Source: a virus | DNA: 64,000 nt | Virus record (IMG/VR): IMGVR_UViG_3300005254_000003 | Location: 86 to 64,085 of that record | Strand: one strand, 5' to 3' | Shown here: piece after piece, positions 1-9,954 of the stretch | Layout of the letters: every line of letters starts with the position of its first letter | Numbering within the stretch: the first letter of the stretch is position 1 | Program-made: the position numbers and the translations under genes | Notes under the pieces: generated by a model | Seen by the model: the letters and a program-made list of their open reading frames with translations, nothing else | Database searches by the model: none | Told to the model about the DNA's origin: nothing

Positions 1-726
1 GTGAGTTTTGTAGGCGTTGAACAATTTTCTAACGTAATAAAGCGAACTGTTTTTTGTGTCCAAACCAAAGGAAACCAAGACGACAATAATCCTAATAATG
101 ATTGGGTACCCCTTGGTACCGGCTTCTTGGTCAAATGTGATAATGGGATTATTTACGGCGTCACTTGCAAGCACGTTATTTCAAAGACAATTGAAAAAAA
201 AGAGACTGTCTATGCCGCTATCGAAACCGATAAAGGTTTTAAACGATCACGTTGTCTGATTGATCACATAGATAGTACTTGTGATTTCGCTATTCTTAGT
301 CCTCAAAAGGAAAAAAATGAAGACTTTAAATTAGAAAATTTGACGTTTACTCTAGATAATTTTGCATCCAACGATGAACTGATTGAAGGTCGCGCTCTAA
401 TTATACCGGGCTATCCTCTTGGAATTGGCACCATAGGTGATGAAAATCATCCTGTGATTCGAATGGGTATCATTGCGCAGTACTCTAAAAAAGATTTTTT
501 TCTAATTGATGGAATCGCGAGCCATGGGAATAGCGGGTCTCCTGTTTTTCTTCTTAATGAAAAGAAAGTTGCAGGAATCCTAACTTCCCACGTTTCGGAC
601 TATATAAGCCTGATGGATGAGAATGGGCAACTTTCAGCGAGGCTTCCTTATAACTCGGGAATCGGCAGAGCCTATGTGATGGAAAAGATACATAATGTGC
701 TTAAAGAATTGGGCGCACCAAAATAA
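1..726 (+). CDS. Trypsin-like serine protease (S1 fold); may be 5'-truncated by the window edge
   Basis: Catalytic-triad motifs TCKHV, CDFAIL and GNSGSP; LGTGFLV beta strand. Confidence 0.8.
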   Translation: MSFVGVEQFSNVIKRTVFCVQTKGNQDDNNPNNDWVPLGTGFLVKCDNGIIYGVTCKHVISKTIEKKETVYAAIETDKGFKRSRCLIDHIDSTCDFAILSPQKEKNEDFKLENLTFTLDNFASNDELIEGRALIIPGYPLGIGTIGDENHPVIRMGIIAQYSKKDFFLIDGIASHGNSGSPVFLLNEKKVAGILTSHVSDYISLMDENGQLSARLPYNSGIGRAYVMEKIHNVLKELGAPK

Positions 727-729
727 TTG

Positions 730-791
730 ATCCAACCCATCGCTCACGGGGACGGCGAGGACCATGCCGCCCGGCAGCTTTTTGTTGGGGC
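730..791 (+). repeat. attC-like integron recombination site
   Basis: ATCCAAC (RYYYAAC) ... GTTGGGGC; inner arms GCTCACGGGGACGGCG / TGCCGCCCGGCAGC pair imperfectly; lies right after a stop codon. Confidence 0.65.
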
Positions 792-797
792 AAGAGA

Positions 798-1691
798 ATG
801 ACTGACTCAAAGACAAAGATGACAAAGTTGACCTCGCTCGCAGTGAAACTTACTGCTTACGTTGGCACCTTGCTGGAGGTGAGAACCCGCTGTCCCGAAT
901 GGGACACCCATCAAAATGCATGGCGGCATGATCAGAAGGAAGATGACGTTACGCTCTTCCTACTCCTCAAGCTGGCAGGCGCTGCCAGTGCAACCAACGC
1001 CATGCTCGCATTGGCACGTTGCGGCTTCTGGTTTGAAGCGGCCGTTTTGGCGCGCACGGTGTACGACGCAAGCCTTTCGATTGCGTTCATGCTGCCGACA
1101 CCAGACATGGCAGCGGGAGGTTGGCCCTCCGAAAAGCAGAAGGAGCGCCTGCGGGATTTTGCGGCAGAGACTTGGGACAATCCAGAACGTCCCTTTGAGG
1201 AGCCCCGGCAGCGGTCGCAGATCCAGATCAAAGACATGAAAGCCGCTCTTGGCAAGTTCCAATCGAAAAGCGAGGAGATGAACCCCCATGATGCAGGGCA
1301 AGTCGCTCTGCAGATGATGCGGTTCCTTTCTGATTACACCCACATGGCATACCCGCGCCTGATGGAACTTCTCGAAGCGGGGCATGGCTACCGGTTGAAC
1401 GGAGAACAGTCAGTATCCACTTTCGGTATGAGCGGCATTTCGGGTGCTCTCCTCTATTTTGCTCAAACCGCAGATTCGGTGGCTCTTCTCCTCGGCCGTC
1501 AATTGACGCTCTGCTATGAGCATGCAAAGGCAAATGCCCCCGGCGATATCGCTGAGAAATTCGGCAAGAAGGCGACAACCGTTTCCGAGATTCAGGACAC
1601 ACTCTCTGTTTTATCCTCGGAGATTGAAGCCATCGCCATTAATGACTCGGCTTCACATAAGGAAGTCCTTCGAAGATTCAAAGGGAAATGA
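798..1691 (+). CDS. Hypothetical helical protein (DUF5677-like), cassette gene
   Basis: 297-aa ORF with ARTVYD and LSDYTH motifs resembling DUF5677-type proteins. Confidence 0.5.
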   Translation: MTDSKTKMTKLTSLAVKLTAYVGTLLEVRTRCPEWDTHQNAWRHDQKEDDVTLFLLLKLAGAASATNAMLALARCGFWFEAAVLARTVYDASLSIAFMLPTPDMAAGGWPSEKQKERLRDFAAETWDNPERPFEEPRQRSQIQIKDMKAALGKFQSKSEEMNPHDAGQVALQMMRFLSDYTHMAYPRLMELLEAGHGYRLNGEQSVSTFGMSGISGALLYFAQTADSVALLLGRQLTLCYEHAKANAPGDIAEKFGKKATTVSEIQDTLSVLSSEIEAIAINDSASHKEVLRRFKGK

Positions 1692-1698
1692 CATGGAG

Positions 1699-1824
1699 CC
1701 CCAACATTGCGCTTCAGCACACAGCCATGGCCGTGGCATTTTGGACCGGATTAAGTAGCATGAAATTAAACGTATTTTTCAAGTTCAGTGGAATCCCTGG
1801 CTGCTGCTGAACTCGACGTTATGT
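1699..1824 (+). repeat. attC-like site (long, ~126 bp)
   Basis: CCCCAAC ... GTTATGT; arms TTCAGCACACAGCCA / TGGCTGCTGCTGAA complementary with bulges. Confidence 0.7.
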
Positions 1825-1833
1825 CTCTCGATT

Positions 1834-2397
1834 GTGACGGATTTAATGAAAATTTCAGATTTAACTAAGACTCTTGAAAAACATCTGTCCTATAATCGAT
1901 GGGAATTTCTGTACCAATACGCTACCAAAGCACTTGATCAAGATATAGACCGCTTTCATAAACTAGACGAGAAAATCTCCAAGTTCATAACCCTCGTGAC
2001 GATTATCATAAGTGTTTTTGTCGCCGCTATACCTTTTGTATTTAAAAATCATTTTCCTCCAAACCATCCCTTAGAGTGGTTATTGATTATCCTCCTATTT
2101 TTGACGTTCATATCTTTGTGTTCCCTATGGAGCTTCTTGTTTAGAGGACTTAGATTGCAAAATGTTCCTCGAATGCCATTCAATCAAGAAATCATCGAGC
2201 TGTTTAAAAAAAATCAGAATGAGAGCACTATCTTTTTTTCTCTCACAAAATCTTGCCTTAACGCATTCGAGCAAAACAAAGAAATAAATTCAAAAAAAGT
2301 GTATCATTTGAATATGGCCTATGATGATACCGTTTATGCTTCATCCTTAATTGTAGCGGATCTATTCATTATTGCAATTTTACAAATAATCAAATGA
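1834..2397 (+). CDS. Membrane protein (2-3 TM helices), cassette gene
   Basis: Hydrophobic stretches FITLVTIIISVFVAAIPFVF and WLLIILLFLTFISLCSLWSFLF. Confidence 0.65.
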   Translation: MTDLMKISDLTKTLEKHLSYNRWEFLYQYATKALDQDIDRFHKLDEKISKFITLVTIIISVFVAAIPFVFKNHFPPNHPLEWLLIILLFLTFISLCSLWSFLFRGLRLQNVPRMPFNQEIIELFKKNQNESTIFFSLTKSCLNAFEQNKEINSKKVYHLNMAYDDTVYASSLIVADLFIIAILQIIK

Positions 2398-2410
2398 AAG
2401 GAGAACTATA

Positions 2411-2572
2411 ATGACTGACCCCAAAGAAAATCCAGAAACAAGTCAGGAAACCCCAGATACGAGTCGTCCAGATTTCGATGTCGCCCCTCCTGATATAGAG
2501 TATGTACAAAACGACTATAAACCCGACTTAGACACCAGTACTGAAATTTTGAGTGGAGAGAGAAAGAAGTAA
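2411..2572 (+). CDS. Small acidic/Pro-rich peptide (53 aa), not in the ORF track
   Basis: AAGGAG RBS, then ATG 2411 MTDPKENPETSQETPDTSRPDF..., stop at 2570-2572, inside the same cassette as the TM gene. Confidence 0.5.
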   Translation: MTDPKENPETSQETPDTSRPDFDVAPPDIEYVQNDYKPDLDTSTEILSGERKK

Positions 2573-2577
2573 TATAG

Positions 2578-2639
2578 ACATAACCTTTGGTTGGTGAGGG
2601 ACCGCTGGGGGATCGCGGCCCCACAACCAACCGTTATGC
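2578..2639 (+). repeat. attC site (62 bp, best-formed)
   Basis: ACATAAC ... GTTATGC near-perfect R boxes; arms GGTTGGTGAGGGACCGC / GCGGCCCCACAACCAACC. Confidence 0.8.
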
Positions 2640-2688
2640 TTTAGAGCAAAAAAATGGTAAGTGTTTAAATAATTGTTGAATTTTACGA

Positions 2689-4308
2689 ATGAAAAAGCAT
2701 GGAAAAAATAAAATTGGACGCAATGATCCCTGTCCATGTGGTAGTGGAGTAAAGTACAAAAAGTGCCATGGTAAGCATACAGAACATAGGGGACCTCTTA
2801 GTTCTGATCAAATCAATAAACTCACGGAATCATATGTGGCCGAGGAGGTTCGGCGGAAAAGTCAGCAAGGTAAAGGCAGACCTATCATATCAACAGAATT
2901 TAAAGGTTATCGGTTAACAGCCGTTGGTAACAGATTACATTATTCAAAGAAACATAAGACATTTATTGATTTTCTTGGGAGTTACATCCGCAGTGTTCTC
3001 AGCCCGGAGTGGGAAAATTCTGAGATCTCAAAGTCTTTGGAAAAGCGGCACCAAATTTCAAAGTGGTATGATGCGATTTGTGCACTTCAAAGAGCAACAA
3101 TGAAAAAACCTCCTGGCGAAATTCAAGATATGCCAATAAATGGACTAATATGTTGCTACTACGGTCTGGCATATAATTTGTATCTATTGCAGCACAATGC
3201 TGAACTCCAACAATACCTTATAAACCGAATAAAACGATCAGAAAGCTTCTATGCTGCTTACTATGAGACTTTTGTGGCTGCCTGGTTTATTCTTGCCGGA
3301 TTTAGTTTGCGTATAGAAGATGAAAAAGATTCTTCTTCAACGCATCCCGAGTTTATAGCAACAAGGAACGGCAAAAGCTATTCTGTCGAGGCGAAGTCAC
3401 GTCAGTTCGGAAAAGATCATTTCGACATTGGGAACCAACTATATAACGGTCTTTGTAAAGAGGCTCACCACCAAAGAGTAATTTTTGTTGACATGAATGT
3501 GGATGCAAATTTGGATTATGAGGATTTTCGCGACCGGGCATTAGCTGCTGTTCATGATCGAGAATCGAGACTCACTGTACACGGCCAACCAGCCTCGCCC
3601 GCATTTGTATTTTTAACAAATCAACCGTATCACTTATTGCTGAATGAAACGCAAATACAGCGGGTATGCCTTTTGGCTGGATTTAAGATTCCAGATTTTG
3701 GACATGGCGTTCGTTGTAGCTCATATACAGAGGCTTATAAAACTCGCTTAAAGTACTGTGATTTATTAGATGTACAAAAGGCGATGGAGAATTATCGTTT
3801 TCCAGTTACATTTGACGGTGAAGTTCCTGAATTTGCATTTGGTGATGCAAAACGGCGATTTAGTATTGGCGAACGCTTAGAAATTTCAGACGCAACATTC
3901 GTAACAATACAATCGGGTATAGTCATCGAGAAAGAGCAAAAAGCTTGTCTCGTAGTCGATGATTGTAATGGACAGAGCCACTTAATGTTTGTGAAGCTGT
4001 CTATAGCTGAATTAGCTGCATATAGATCACATCCAGAAACTTTTTTCGGACGAGTATTGCAGGCTTCTAATCATATAGAAGATCCAGTGGATTTGTATGA
4101 GTTTTATATTAATAGCTGTAAAGATACACCACGTGATAAGCTATTAGATTTCATGAAAAATGCCTCTGATTATGAAACAATAAAAAAACTGGCTAATGAT
4201 GAACTATTATTCGTATATGCTGAAAGACTGACTTTTAATGCAGTACGTGAAAACGAAATAGAAAGGCATAACAAAGGTCTTCAGGCGACTCGGCCCCTTC
4301 GCACCTGA
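2689..4308 (+). CDS. SEC-C motif protein with a probable PD-(D/E)xK nuclease-like core
   Basis: N-terminal GRNDPCPCGSGVKYKKCH; HPEF...VEAKSR motif. Confidence 0.7.
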   Translation: MKKHGKNKIGRNDPCPCGSGVKYKKCHGKHTEHRGPLSSDQINKLTESYVAEEVRRKSQQGKGRPIISTEFKGYRLTAVGNRLHYSKKHKTFIDFLGSYIRSVLSPEWENSEISKSLEKRHQISKWYDAICALQRATMKKPPGEIQDMPINGLICCYYGLAYNLYLLQHNAELQQYLINRIKRSESFYAAYYETFVAAWFILAGFSLRIEDEKDSSSTHPEFIATRNGKSYSVEAKSRQFGKDHFDIGNQLYNGLCKEAHHQRVIFVDMNVDANLDYEDFRDRALAAVHDRESRLTVHGQPASPAFVFLTNQPYHLLLNETQIQRVCLLAGFKIPDFGHGVRCSSYTEAYKTRLKYCDLLDVQKAMENYRFPVTFDGEVPEFAFGDAKRRFSIGERLEISDATFVTIQSGIVIEKEQKACLVVDDCNGQSHLMFVKLSIAELAAYRSHPETFFGRVLQASNHIEDPVDLYEFYINSCKDTPRDKLLDFMKNASDYETIKKLANDELLFVYAERLTFNAVRENEIERHNKGLQATRPLRT

Positions 4309-4323
4309 GACCTGCCGTAGGGC
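4266..4323 (+). repeat. attC-like site overlapping the 3' end of the SEC-C gene
   Basis: GCATAAC; arms AGGTCTTCAGGCG / CGCACCTGAGACCT; degenerate R' GTAGGGC. Confidence 0.65.
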
Positions 4324-4481
4324 AATACATAGAGGACTGAAAGTATAAAAATATACATTGGCAATCGATTTCGAAGTTCGAACGGACGTTTTTTATTATG
4401 TCTATTGGGACAACTAAACTTTGTTCGGCGTGGCTTAAATGAACTCTTGACAAGTTATTAAACGTTCAGGGTGGTGGGAAC

Positions 4482-5099
4482 ATGAAGAATATGTTAAGAA
4501 GAATGGGATTTACCAAAGAGGGTAAATTGATGCGGTCTGCAGCAACCGGAAATTTGAAAAAGGTTGTTCATTTATTGGGGACCGGCTGTGACCCAAATTC
4601 GATAACAAATAATGGCTATACTGCCTTAATGGGATCTGCAATGAACGGTCATATAGATATAGTAGAGGTCTTATTGAATGCTGGAGCAGATCCAAATATT
4701 GCTTATCAAGATGGTCGGACAGCCATTTTTGGGGCAGTCCAAGGCGGGTATTATGAAATTGTAAAAATGCTTTTGGACCGAGGTGCTGAGATCAATATTC
4801 ACGAATACAATGAAGGGCAAACCCCATTACATTTCGCCGTTCATGGAAATCATTTAGATTTAGTTGAGTTATTAGTTGATCATGGAGCAGATATCGAGGC
4901 TGGCGAAAAGAGGGGTGGGTTCTCGCCTCTATTTTTTGCAATTTTAGGTGGTCATTCAAAATCTGTCGATGCACTTCTTAAGCTCGGAGCAGACCCAAAT
5001 GCTAAAGGCAATGAGGGGGAAAGACCTGCAGAATTGGCATTAAAATTGGGGTATGATGAAATAGCGAGTATGTTATTCACGAAAGAAATTACGGACTAA
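4482..5099 (+). CDS. Ankyrin-repeat protein
   Basis: About 5 repeats of GxTxLhxAxxxGxxxxVxxLLxxGADxN. Confidence 0.95.
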   Translation: MKNMLRRMGFTKEGKLMRSAATGNLKKVVHLLGTGCDPNSITNNGYTALMGSAMNGHIDIVEVLLNAGADPNIAYQDGRTAIFGAVQGGYYEIVKMLLDRGAEINIHEYNEGQTPLHFAVHGNHLDLVELLVDHGADIEAGEKRGGFSPLFFAILGGHSKSVDALLKLGADPNAKGNEGERPAELALKLGYDEIASMLFTKEITD

Positions 5100-5355
5100 T
5101 TTTTGATTTAAGACAGTCGGACAAGGTTGCTTTAACCGGATACCGTTCAGTGCCTTCGATGATCTCTTGATAGTTAATTTAATCGGCTGCGCCGAACCTG
5201 TAATTCCATCTGACGCGGTATAGCTTGGCACTTGCACGCCGGATTATCAGGATTATTTAATGCAGCCCCGCCGCGTTCACGGGGGCGTCGAGGACCATAC
5301 CAGCCCCACAGCACCCGACGTCATATTTTCCCATATCGTTGTAAAAAGGAAGGTC

Positions 5356-5679
5356 ATGAAAGAACATTTGCTCATTGAGTTGGAACAGGATTTATTAGGA
5401 AAGTTGGTAAATGAAGCAAAAGCTAAAGATCAAAGTATATCAAGCTTTATTAGCTCAGTCCTTTCTATGTTTTTTCGGGCTGGTGGAAAAATTGACCTTC
5501 TCGCCTATCCGATGAGACCCGTGGGAACAGATCTTGATGGATATCTAAAGGGAATAGAGAGATCTGAAATACTGCGAGCAATAGAGCAATCAGAATCAAA
5601 AAGCAATGCGGCTGATTTGCTCGGAATCACTTTCCGTTCTCAAAGGTACCGGTGCAGTGAGCACAAAATTGATACATAA
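5356..5679 (+). CDS. Small protein with C-terminal Fis-type HTH
   Basis: ILRAIEQSESKSNAADLLGITFRSQRYR; RBS AAGGAAGG before ATG 5356. Confidence 0.6.
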   Translation: MKEHLLIELEQDLLGKLVNEAKAKDQSISSFISSVLSMFFRAGGKIDLLAYPMRPVGTDLDGYLKGIERSEILRAIEQSESKSNAADLLGITFRSQRYRCSEHKIDT

Positions 5680-5691
5680 TATATCGATATA

Positions 5692-5757
5692 ATATAACAT
5701 TTACCTTTACGCGGACGCGAGGAAGCCCGCCGCGGCCCCTGAAGATGGCCGTTAAGC
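5692..5757 (+). repeat. attC-like site
   Basis: ATATAAC ... GTTAAGC (GTTRRRY); GC-rich imperfect stem. Confidence 0.5.
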
Positions 5758-5780
5758 TATGCGACAGGAGGAGAGCTGAA

Positions 5781-7469
5781 ATGAGATTCCAGACAACAAC
5801 TAGACCACTACGTGACCTCGTTCGTGATTTCCACGCCGGTGCGATTCTCTTGCCTCAATTCCAACGAGATTATGTATGGAAGGCTGCGAAAGTGCGTAAT
5901 CTTCTGGATTCTTTGTTAAAGGGGTTTCCCATTGGAGGGTTCTATTTGTGGCGCCCAGCAAGCGGTATGCTTGACGCTAAAGCAAAAACTCACGGTGAAC
6001 AGCGTTTTGCCCCACAATTCGAAGGATATCTTATCGATGGTCAACAGCGACTTACCAGTCTGGAGGCGTCGTATGGCCTATATACAGGGGAAGACACGCA
6101 GGGTGCTGAACTACGGTGTTATCTGGACCTCTCCGCGCCTGATATAAAGGAAGTAAGGGACACAAGACTATTCGTATCATATGCCGGTAAAAAGTCCATT
6201 GCTCGCCGAGTTGAGGCCGGTGATTCCACACTCATTCCTGTGTCACTTCTCTTTGATGGCCAGAACTACGAACTCCGAAAAATTACTGAGGAGGCATTAC
6301 GTTTACTTCCAAATTGGAATTCCAAGAGAGTTGAAGATGCCTTGGAACGGCTCGACCGATCCTTTGGTATGCTTGACCAACAGGTTCCGTGTACTACGGT
6401 CATTGATGTTTCGGACAAAGAAGCAGTCGAGGTTTTCAGTCGTCTTAATAAAGGAGGAAGCGCTCTAAGACAGGGAGACGTGCGCGCTGCTGAACTTGCA
6501 CGCGGGCGTGCGGTGGATGTATTGAAGCGTATGAGGGATTTCGTGAGCGGGGAACGCCCGCAGCGGTTAGGGTTTGGTTTTTCATTTGCGTTCCGAGCTT
6601 TAGTTCTTTTTCATCGTGGATCAGCGCAATTCAGTACTCTAAAACACAACTGGATGGAAGCACCCGGCCCTAACGGTCAGTCTCTCGACCTGTCTTGGCG
6701 AGATGCCGAACGTGCTATCGAAAAAGCTCTTGAATTCGTTGATACTTCTATGGGTTGGTCTCGGAGAACATTGGTCCCATCGGCAAATGCCGTTATAATT
6801 TTAGCTGCGGCATTCGACAAATCGGAGGGCAGACTAAACGCCGATGATAAACAAGCATATCGGCGATGGCTATGCCTGACATCTTTACGTGGCGTTTTCC
6901 AAGGTTCCGTTGAAAGCACTATCAATCGATTTCAGCGTGCAATTCGGAACAAGAGGACGGAGCTTCCAAAAGCTCTGCTTGAGGCATTAAGACGCGATGA
7001 AGCGAGAAAAATTCGATCAGAAGAACTCAACCGATATGCGCAACTCTGGGGTCCTGCTACACAAGTTATTCACGCTTGGCTTGTAAACCAGAAAGCCAAG
7101 GACTGGCTCAGTACGGAGCCTATCGATGATATTGCTCGTGGCGGCACACCAAGTCTCCCCGTTGGGGACCTCACTGTTCACCATATTTTTCCACGAAAGC
7201 TTCTTACTGAGGTAGTTGATAATCCAGATAAGGCGAATTGTCCGGCAAATTTCGCCTTGCTAAGCCGGCCGACCAACTCTGAATTTGGAGCCAAGCCACC
7301 CGACGAGGTATTGGCAATGCTTACCCCAGACCAGCGGAAAACCGCCGGTATCCAGTTTTTCGGGGAAGCTGCTGGAGACCGCCTCAAGCCGGACCGTTAC
7401 AGCGAGTTCTGTGAATGGCGAGCTGGGCGTCTGGCCGACTCAATAAATGATTGGCTTGGATTGGTATAA
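5781..7469 (+). CDS. GmrSD-like (DUF262 ParB-like + DUF1524 HNH) modification-dependent restriction protein
   Basis: LPQFQRDYVW, LIDGQQRLTS, FSRLNKGG, VHHIFP...NFALLSRPTN; AGGAGG RBS before ATG 5781. Confidence 0.85.
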   Translation: MRFQTTTRPLRDLVRDFHAGAILLPQFQRDYVWKAAKVRNLLDSLLKGFPIGGFYLWRPASGMLDAKAKTHGEQRFAPQFEGYLIDGQQRLTSLEASYGLYTGEDTQGAELRCYLDLSAPDIKEVRDTRLFVSYAGKKSIARRVEAGDSTLIPVSLLFDGQNYELRKITEEALRLLPNWNSKRVEDALERLDRSFGMLDQQVPCTTVIDVSDKEAVEVFSRLNKGGSALRQGDVRAAELARGRAVDVLKRMRDFVSGERPQRLGFGFSFAFRALVLFHRGSAQFSTLKHNWMEAPGPNGQSLDLSWRDAERAIEKALEFVDTSMGWSRRTLVPSANAVIILAAAFDKSEGRLNADDKQAYRRWLCLTSLRGVFQGSVESTINRFQRAIRNKRTELPKALLEALRRDEARKIRSEELNRYAQLWGPATQVIHAWLVNQKAKDWLSTEPIDDIARGGTPSLPVGDLTVHHIFPRKLLTEVVDNPDKANCPANFALLSRPTNSEFGAKPPDEVLAMLTPDQRKTAGIQFFGEAAGDRLKPDRYSEFCEWRAGRLADSINDWLGLV

Positions 7470-7577
7470 AACTCGATTTATCCAGTAACCAAAATACCCG
7501 AAAAACGAATACACTCGGACGCGCGAAAGCCCGCCAGACGCATTGCAGAAACCCGTTAGTATAAGGATTAATACGTA

Positions 7578-8762
7578 TTGATGAAGTTTGAATTTATAAG
7601 AGATAAAATATGTAATGAATTTGGGCGGGATCCATTTTCAAAATCGGAGTCATGGAACCTGATTAAAAAACGTATTCCAGAAAATCATTGGTCATTCTTG
7701 GTTGACCGATCTGGTGCAGACGGATTTCGTAATTATTTGCCTTCTATTTTTCCTGCCGATCGATTTTATAGCGATGAAGAGGCACAAACATGTTGGGAAC
7801 GGATTGGTAATTTCTATAAAAACCAGTTTCGCTGGCACGAAGCCATATCCATCTATTTGTCGCTTTATTATCAACTCCTTGATGCACAAAATTTCGAACA
7901 AAAAAGAATTCGGAAAGGCACTCCGCTAGTTTGGATTAGTGATTGTTATGCTTCTATGGGGTTTCCAGTACTCTCTAAAAGACACTTAATGCTTGCACTT
8001 TGCGAAAATGCCATCCATGAAAAAGGTATTGTTCCGCCAGATACTACCGGAACATACTGGCGACTAGTTTTCCGCCATGGCTTACCTCATTCTGAAGTTC
8101 AGCGCTACGGTGCGCGTGCATATGAACTCTCAAATCAAAATCAGCCTGCTGCATTTTTCCCAGAATGGGTTGTTCAGGAACTTGATAATAATTGGATGAC
8201 TGAAATACCCTCTCCAGCAGAAGCAGGTGTCTGGGTGGTAAATGTACAATATGTTAAGATGCTTATGTCAAAATTCGGGGATAAAAAGGGTGAAAATCTG
8301 GAGAAACTATCTGAATACCTTATGTCGTGCATGCCTGGTTGCCGAACATACAGACGACTGAAAACGGAGTCAACGGACTATGATGTAATTTGCTCAATGG
8401 AAGGTTTCGAAGTTGATTTTCGATCTGATTTTGGACGTTATTTTGTTTGTGAATGCAAGGACTGGTCAAAACCCGCAGATTTTACGACGATTGCAAAATT
8501 CTGCCGCGTTCTTGATTCTGTAAAGTCAAAATTTGGAATACTATTTTCAAAGCGTGGAATTTCTGGCCATGGAAAATCCAAATATGCCGAACGTGAATTG
8601 ATAAAGGTTTTCCAAGACAGAGGCATGGTAATTATTGTTCTCAATGAAGAAGATTTAAATACAGTTGCGAATGGGATGAATTTTGTTAATATGTTACGCA
8701 TAAAATATGAAACGATTAGGCTTGATTTGAAAAGTTATAGAGAAGGGAAAAGCGACTGCTAA
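7578..8762 (+). CDS. Helical (TPR-like) N-terminus plus Mrr-like restriction endonuclease domain
   Basis: C-terminal DYDV...VCECKDW...KFGILFSKRGISG. Confidence 0.7.
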   Translation: MMKFEFIRDKICNEFGRDPFSKSESWNLIKKRIPENHWSFLVDRSGADGFRNYLPSIFPADRFYSDEEAQTCWERIGNFYKNQFRWHEAISIYLSLYYQLLDAQNFEQKRIRKGTPLVWISDCYASMGFPVLSKRHLMLALCENAIHEKGIVPPDTTGTYWRLVFRHGLPHSEVQRYGARAYELSNQNQPAAFFPEWVVQELDNNWMTEIPSPAEAGVWVVNVQYVKMLMSKFGDKKGENLEKLSEYLMSCMPGCRTYRRLKTESTDYDVICSMEGFEVDFRSDFGRYFVCECKDWSKPADFTTIAKFCRVLDSVKSKFGILFSKRGISGHGKSKYAERELIKVFQDRGMVIIVLNEEDLNTVANGMNFVNMLRIKYETIRLDLKSYREGKSDC

Positions 8763-8849
8763 CCACCGGCTGTTGGCGGAAGCCGAGAGCAGCGCATTTC
8801 CATTTGTAGAAACACTGGGCGCCGGCGCCGCGCGGCCCGAACGTTATTC
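8757..8849 (+). repeat. Degenerate attC-like site
   Basis: TGCTAAC overlapping the stop codon ... GTTATTC with GC-rich arms. Confidence 0.4.
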
Positions 8850-8863
8850 CGAAGAGAGAGACC

Positions 8864-9496
8864 ATGAAATGCCTTGGGCGCACAAAAGCATCTAATTTTT
8901 GCAAACGATGCACGAGGGAAACTCCGTTCTTGCTTTGTTGGCAACATGCCTGGCAGCCGTTTGCAGCAATTGTAGCAATTATAGTATTCTTAGCCGCCAT
9001 AGCTGAATTCTCAGGATTTACTCTTCGTGATATTTTATCAAAGACGAATCATCTATCAAATTTTAACGAAAAAACTAATAGCTCAGATAGAAATCGATAC
9101 GATAAGTCTGTCCCCAAACGAGAAGGAAATGATGTGCTTGTGCCATTGATCATACTTCAAGCGATTCCAGATTTTAACAAAACAAAGACTGTATATGCCG
9201 CCACATATAAGAACAATTGGTTAAATATCTCTAACCCAGAAGCTCAATCAGATTTTCTCGAATCCTCGATTTTAAAAAGGGAGGGCAATGTATGGCGTGC
9301 CATTGGGCTAGCAGGTACACGTTTTCACCCAGTTCAATTGAAAAATCCTAATTTAAAAACGAATAAGTTTAAACCAGGCAATCTGTCGTGGCTTCGCATC
9401 GAGGATTTGCCGCGTGTTTACGGGGTCACATGGGAAAGGTTTTCAAGGGAATTTATCGATTCAAATCCTCCTGGCCCATGCTTCTTAATAAGATGA
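8864..9496 (+). CDS. Membrane-anchored hypothetical protein
   Basis: TM segment FAAIVAIIVFLAAIA; C-terminal domain paralogous to the next gene. Confidence 0.55.
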   Translation: MKCLGRTKASNFCKRCTRETPFLLCWQHAWQPFAAIVAIIVFLAAIAEFSGFTLRDILSKTNHLSNFNEKTNSSDRNRYDKSVPKREGNDVLVPLIILQAIPDFNKTKTVYAATYKNNWLNISNPEAQSDFLESSILKREGNVWRAIGLAGTRFHPVQLKNPNLKTNKFKPGNLSWLRIEDLPRVYGVTWERFSREFIDSNPPGPCFLIR

Positions 9497-9532
9497 CCAT
9501 TCACCAATATCTTATTTGAAAAGGATGATGGA

Positions 9533-9943
9533 ATGTCAATTTCAAAACCATTTGTTTTCAGTTGTTGGTTCTTGTTGATAATTTCTGTGTCCCTTGCCTG
9601 TAGTCTATCACCTACTGTCGATGGTGCGGATGTTCTCGTCCCGGATTTACTTATCAAAGAAATTCCTGGCTACGATTCTACAAAACCAGTATACGCCGCA
9701 ACCGATATCAATGGATGGTTTGTGAGAGGCGCAAGTTGGGCAACAGAGGAAAGGAAAAAAGCCACACAGATGACAAAGGAAGGTGATTGCTGGCGCGCAA
9801 AAGGGCTGAAAGGCATACGTTTTCATCCAGTGCAACTCGACTCGAACGGCAAGCCAGCATGGGCAAAAATAGAGAATCTTTATCCTTTAGATTCTTCGTT
9901 TGTTGACAATTCCGGATCGGGTCCATGTTTGAGAGTAAATTAA
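9533..9943 (+). CDS. Exported hypothetical protein (possible lipoprotein), paralog of the previous gene
   Basis: Signal-like LLIISVSLAC; shares DxLVP...TKxVYAAT...RFHPVQL...GPC. Confidence 0.6.
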   Translation: MSISKPFVFSCWFLLIISVSLACSLSPTVDGADVLVPDLLIKEIPGYDSTKPVYAATDINGWFVRGASWATEERKKATQMTKEGDCWRAKGLKGIRFHPVQLDSNGKPAWAKIENLYPLDSSFVDNSGSGPCLRVN

Positions 9944-9954
9944 TAAAGAAAGCA

